From assembly GCA_964564625.1 (NCBI GenBank), contig CAZMBE010000006.1, positions 42,998-106,997 of the forward strand: a DNA stretch of 64,000 nucleotides, read 5' to 3'. The notes beneath the pieces were generated by a model, which ran no database searches, was not told the DNA's origin, and saw only the letters and a list, made by a program, of their open reading frames with translations. Origin of the DNA: an uncultured Syntrophaceae bacterium (GTDB lineage: Bacteria > Desulfobacterota > Syntrophia > Syntrophales > UBA2185). Positions within the stretch are counted from its first letter, which is position 1; every line of letters begins with the position of its first letter. This document shows positions 63,311 to 64,000 of this stretch, in pieces. The position numbers and the translations under genes were made by a program.

Positions 63311-64000
63311 CTATTCTCCCAGGGCCAAGAGTGTACCTTTCAGCTCCCGCAGAGCCCTGAGCCCTTTTTTCAGCATCCCTTTATTCGGGGCCTCAGAAAT
63401 CATTTTGATCAGGAACTCAAGATGACCAATCACGGAGCGGAACTCCCGGGGACTGGCGCCGCGATCCCTGGCGTGTTGATATCCTGTAAAGATTTTCTGG
63501 CCGGCCTGATCCAGACTGTCATGGGCCAGGGCGCAAATCATGTTCGCCTCAGTTTCTACCAGGCTGTTCCAGAAATCCGGGGCGTCTTTTTCTTTTTCAG
63601 CCGCTGCCGCCCGGGCCTTATCACACCATGCATCAATCTCTGAAAGAAGTTTATCCGAAAGTATCTTGCTGCTTCCTTCACCGTACAACTCATTCAGGAT
63701 TTCAGCAACGAGCCAGTTTAGCAGGGAATAAGTGTCAAGCGTGCCCTTGCCATCCCTGAAAGCCAGTTCATGCGATTCTTTGTAGCATGCCGCCATGGAC
63801 TCCAGGGCTTTCTTTCGATCATCACCGGCGGAGATATGCGCAAGCCTTTTATAGGCGCTGCCTGACAGGCTTAGACGTTCCGGAGTAGAGGCAAAGGATC
63901 TGAGGAGTTCAAGTTCTCGGATTGCGTCTTTGATGACCTCGGCGGGCTTATTCCCAAGGGGATCTTGCCGCTGAGATTGATACAGATTTACCGCCCACCT
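63311..64000 (-). CDS. Helical-repeat hypothetical protein, 5'-truncated by the window edge
   Basis: The minus-strand frame stays open from 63796 to position 64000 (RWAVNLYQSQRQDPLGNKPAEVIKDAIRELELLRSF...), so the track's Met at 63796 is internal. All-helical, TPR-like composition. Confidence 0.55.
   Translation of the reverse strand, partial: RWAVNLYQSQRQDPLGNKPAEVIKDAIRELELLRSFASTPERLSLSGSAYKRLAHISAGDDRKKALESMAACYKESHELAFRDGKGTLDTYSLLNWLVAEILNELYGEGSSKILSDKLLSEIDAWCDKARAAAAEKEKDAPDFWNSLVETEANMICALAHDSLDQAGQKIFTGYQHARDRGASPREFRSVIGHLEFLIKMISEAPNKGMLKKGLRALRELKGTLLALGE

Overview
This 64-kb window looks like a chromosomal segment of a Gram-negative, strictly anaerobic bacterium. It has many lipobox lipoproteins, system II cytochrome c biogenesis genes, sigma-54 regulation, a Na+-pumping decarboxylase, acyl-CoA metabolism and selenocysteine use. 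That gene content suggests a deltaproteobacterial or syntrophic lineage, but this is inference only. GC content looks mid-range by eye and was not computed.

Core metabolism is well represented:
- a P-type Ca2+-like ATPase and an OadG/OadB-type Na+-decarboxylase membrane module;
- a split B12-dependent acyl-CoA mutase with MeaB;
- dinB, ribF, nfi and pyrE;
- a MetH core, with its activation domain encoded separately at the tail of a leuA-leuC-leuD operon;
- a divergent PGK paralogue, FprA, NifS/NifU, ResB/CcsA, an acyl-CoA dehydrogenase and a CoA-transferase.

The most unusual locus is the operon at 11.1-14.8 kb. It encodes LemA, a DUF350 protein and an 885-aa protein. The large protein has a signal peptide, three tandem Hedgehog/intein (Hint) autoprocessing modules with intact catalytic motifs, one TM helix and two cytoplasmic Tim44-like domains.

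The ORF track splits two genes at in-frame TGA codons that sit exactly at conserved redox-Cys positions. One is an AhpD-like protein (E-x11-C-x-x-U). The other is a YeeE/YedE-type sulfur transporter (G-U-P-S-G-H-G). Each TGA is followed by a SECIS-like hairpin with GGU in the apical loop, so both are probably selenoproteins.

Other points:
- a Leu-rich leader peptide plus terminator upstream of leuA;
- a GAAC-N4-GTTC SOS box in the dinB promoter;
- a perfect sigma-54 promoter driving a ZraP-like gene divergent from a ZraSR-like two-component system;
- an FNR/CRP-type palindrome upstream of fprA;
- two candidate c-di-GMP receptors, an RHH-PilZ fusion and a stand-alone MshEN-like protein;
- an accessory block at 17.6-23.9 kb, described next.

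The accessory block carries a LecA-lectin/caspase lipoprotein and a Cys-rich protein with two ricin-type lectin domains. It is bounded by tRNA-Leu(CAG) with an integrase remnant, and it contains a degenerate 76-nt tRNA-like element.

No CRISPR array, intact mobile element or rRNA was seen.
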